This document shows positions 24,878-25,843 of a stretch of DNA of 25,843 bases, in pieces. Position numbers and translations under genes: made by a program. The notes under the pieces are model-generated. The model worked only from the letters and a program-made list of their open reading frames with translations. It did not search any database and had not been told where the DNA came from. Source of the DNA: a virus (Duplodnaviria > Caudoviricetes). The stretch's first letter is position 1. Every line of letters begins with the position of its first letter. The stretch is taken from positions 1 to 25,843 of the IMG/VR virus record IMGVR_UViG_3300027808_000147, one strand, 5' to 3'.

Positions 24878-24884
24878 TGACGGA

Positions 24885-25843
24885 TCAGCGACCAGCTAAA
24901 ATTGAATTCCAGTAGTCGTCTAAAGGATTGGTTGAAGGTTTGCTTGCGGGACCTGAAAAAATATCAAAGAATCCTGGCGACTTACCACCAGGAGGACCTG
25001 GCATTGGCATTGGTGTTGGCCCAGGCATAGGTGTTGGCGCAATGCCAGGACGGTATGGATTGAATCCTGGTTGTAGTGCAGGTTGTCCTTGGAAGTTTTG
25101 TTGATAAGGATTACCCATTACCATGCCAGCAAGTTCCTGACCAGTTAATGGTTGGAATGGAGTTTGAAGACCCCAGGCTGTGGCTGGTGCATATTGATTT
25201 GCTATTGCTGGATTAAATTCAGTTCCAGTTTGTGCTGGACTACTGCCCCAATAGTACTTAGATTGAACATCATTTGTTGTTCTATACGCAGGAACTTCTC
25301 GTATATAACCAGCATTCAACCCTGTTGGAATTCTTAAACCTGTGTTGCCAGGATTCATTGGTGGAATTACAGGTCCAGGAACTACTGGTGGACCGCCGCC
25401 ATCAGTTGGGCCACCACCATCAGTGCCGCCATCATTTGGCCCACCGCCATCTACTCCGCCATCTACTCCGCCATCTACTCCGCCATCTACTCCGCCATCT
25501 ACTCCGCCATCTACTCCGCCATCAACGCCGCCATCAACGCCACCATCTACACCACCATCTACACCACCATCTACACCACCATCTACTCCTCCATCTACTC
25601 CTCCATCTACACCACCATCTACACCACCATCTACTCCTCCATCTACTCCTCCATCTACTCCTCCATCTACTCCTCCATCTACTCCTCCATCTACTCCTCC
25701 ATCTACTCCTCCATCTACTCCTCCATCTACGCCGCCATCAACACCTCCATCTACTCCCCCGTCAACACCTCCGTCAACACCTCCATCAACACCTCCATCA
25801 GTGCCGCCATCAGTGCCGCCATCAGTACCACCATCAGTACCAC
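24885..25843 (-). CDS. C-terminal part of a protein starting beyond the window, with a (DGGV/T)n repeat then a Pro/Gly-rich tail
   Basis: The frame of track ORF 24885..25358 stays open upstream to the edge: ...GTDGGTDGGVDGGV...DGGGPNDGGTDGGGPTDGGGPPVVPGPVIPPMNPG. Confidence 0.85.
   Translation of the reverse strand, partial: GTDGGTDGGTDGGTDGGVDGGVDGGVDGGVDGGVDGGVDGGVDGGVDGGVDGGVDGGVDGGVDGGVDGGVDGGVDGGVDGGVDGGVDGGVDGGVDGGVDGGVDGGVDGGVDGGVDGGVDGGVDGGVDGGVDGGGPNDGGTDGGGPTDGGGPPVVPGPVIPPMNPGNTGLRIPTGLNAGYIREVPAYRTTNDVQSKYYWGSSPAQTGTEFNPAIANQYAPATAWGLQTPFQPLTGQELAGMVMGNPYQQNFQGQPALQPGFNPYRPGIAPTPMPGPTPMPMPGPPGGKSPGFFDIFSGPASKPSTNPLDDYWNSILAGR
25447..25843. repeat. 12-bp tandem repeat (CCATCTACTCCN-like), about 33 units, running off the edge
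   Basis: Direct reading; variation is mostly at third codon positions of the DGGV frame, with V changing to T in the edge-most units. Confidence 0.95.

Larger units (their letters stand above)
1..25843. mobile_element. Tailed phage (Caudoviricetes, podovirus-like) genome segment: structural/packaging module plus the edge of the early region
   Basis: Co-oriented terminase, portal, scaffold, capsid, adaptor, tail fibre and ejection-type proteins; no sheath, tube or tape measure gene; no host housekeeping genes; no integrase or att site seen. Confidence 0.95.

Noticed and set aside
25447-25843. CRISPR array, telomere-like repeat, or plus-strand (PPST)n protein
   Set aside because: No unique spacers; the minus frame joins a real coding tail and matches the direction of neighbouring genes; the plus frame has no supported start
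1-25843. Stop-codon reassignment, tRNAs, introns/inteins, diversity-generating retroelement, integrase
   Set aside because: Genes tile densely in the standard code with TAA, TGA and TAG all used as stops; terL and portal have normal lengths; no reverse transcriptase, TR/VR pair, tRNA cloverleaf or recombinase was seen by eye

Overview
The whole window is a fragment of a tailed dsDNA phage genome with a podovirus-type (P22/SU10-like) morphogenesis module, almost all on the minus strand. In transcription order (right to left): a truncated (DGGV)n-repeat protein, an ejection-like protein ending in a peptidase S74 domain, a 1035-aa ejection-like protein with a lytic transglycosylase domain, a Dps/ferritin, a plus-strand GNAT-like gene, a probable small terminase, six unknown ORFs (three low-complexity), large terminase, portal, scaffold, major capsid, head-tail adaptor, a 1331-aa tail fibre, a holin-like protein and a 2OG-Fe(II) hydroxylase. 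The left ~900 bp is a control region with three near-consensus sigma70 promoters and small early ORFs. Two signals stand out. (1) A hexamer TAA(A/G)TA, resembling the core of T4-type (gp55) late promoters, sits at 11 gene boundaries, and in 6 of them it lies exactly 5 nt before an ATG with no Shine-Dalgarno, suggesting leaderless late mRNAs. No sigma factor is encoded in the window. (2) A ~190-nt non-coding, heavily self-complementary segment lies directly behind a sigma70 promoter and is a candidate phage ncRNA. All family assignments come from motif recognition by eye; no searches were run.
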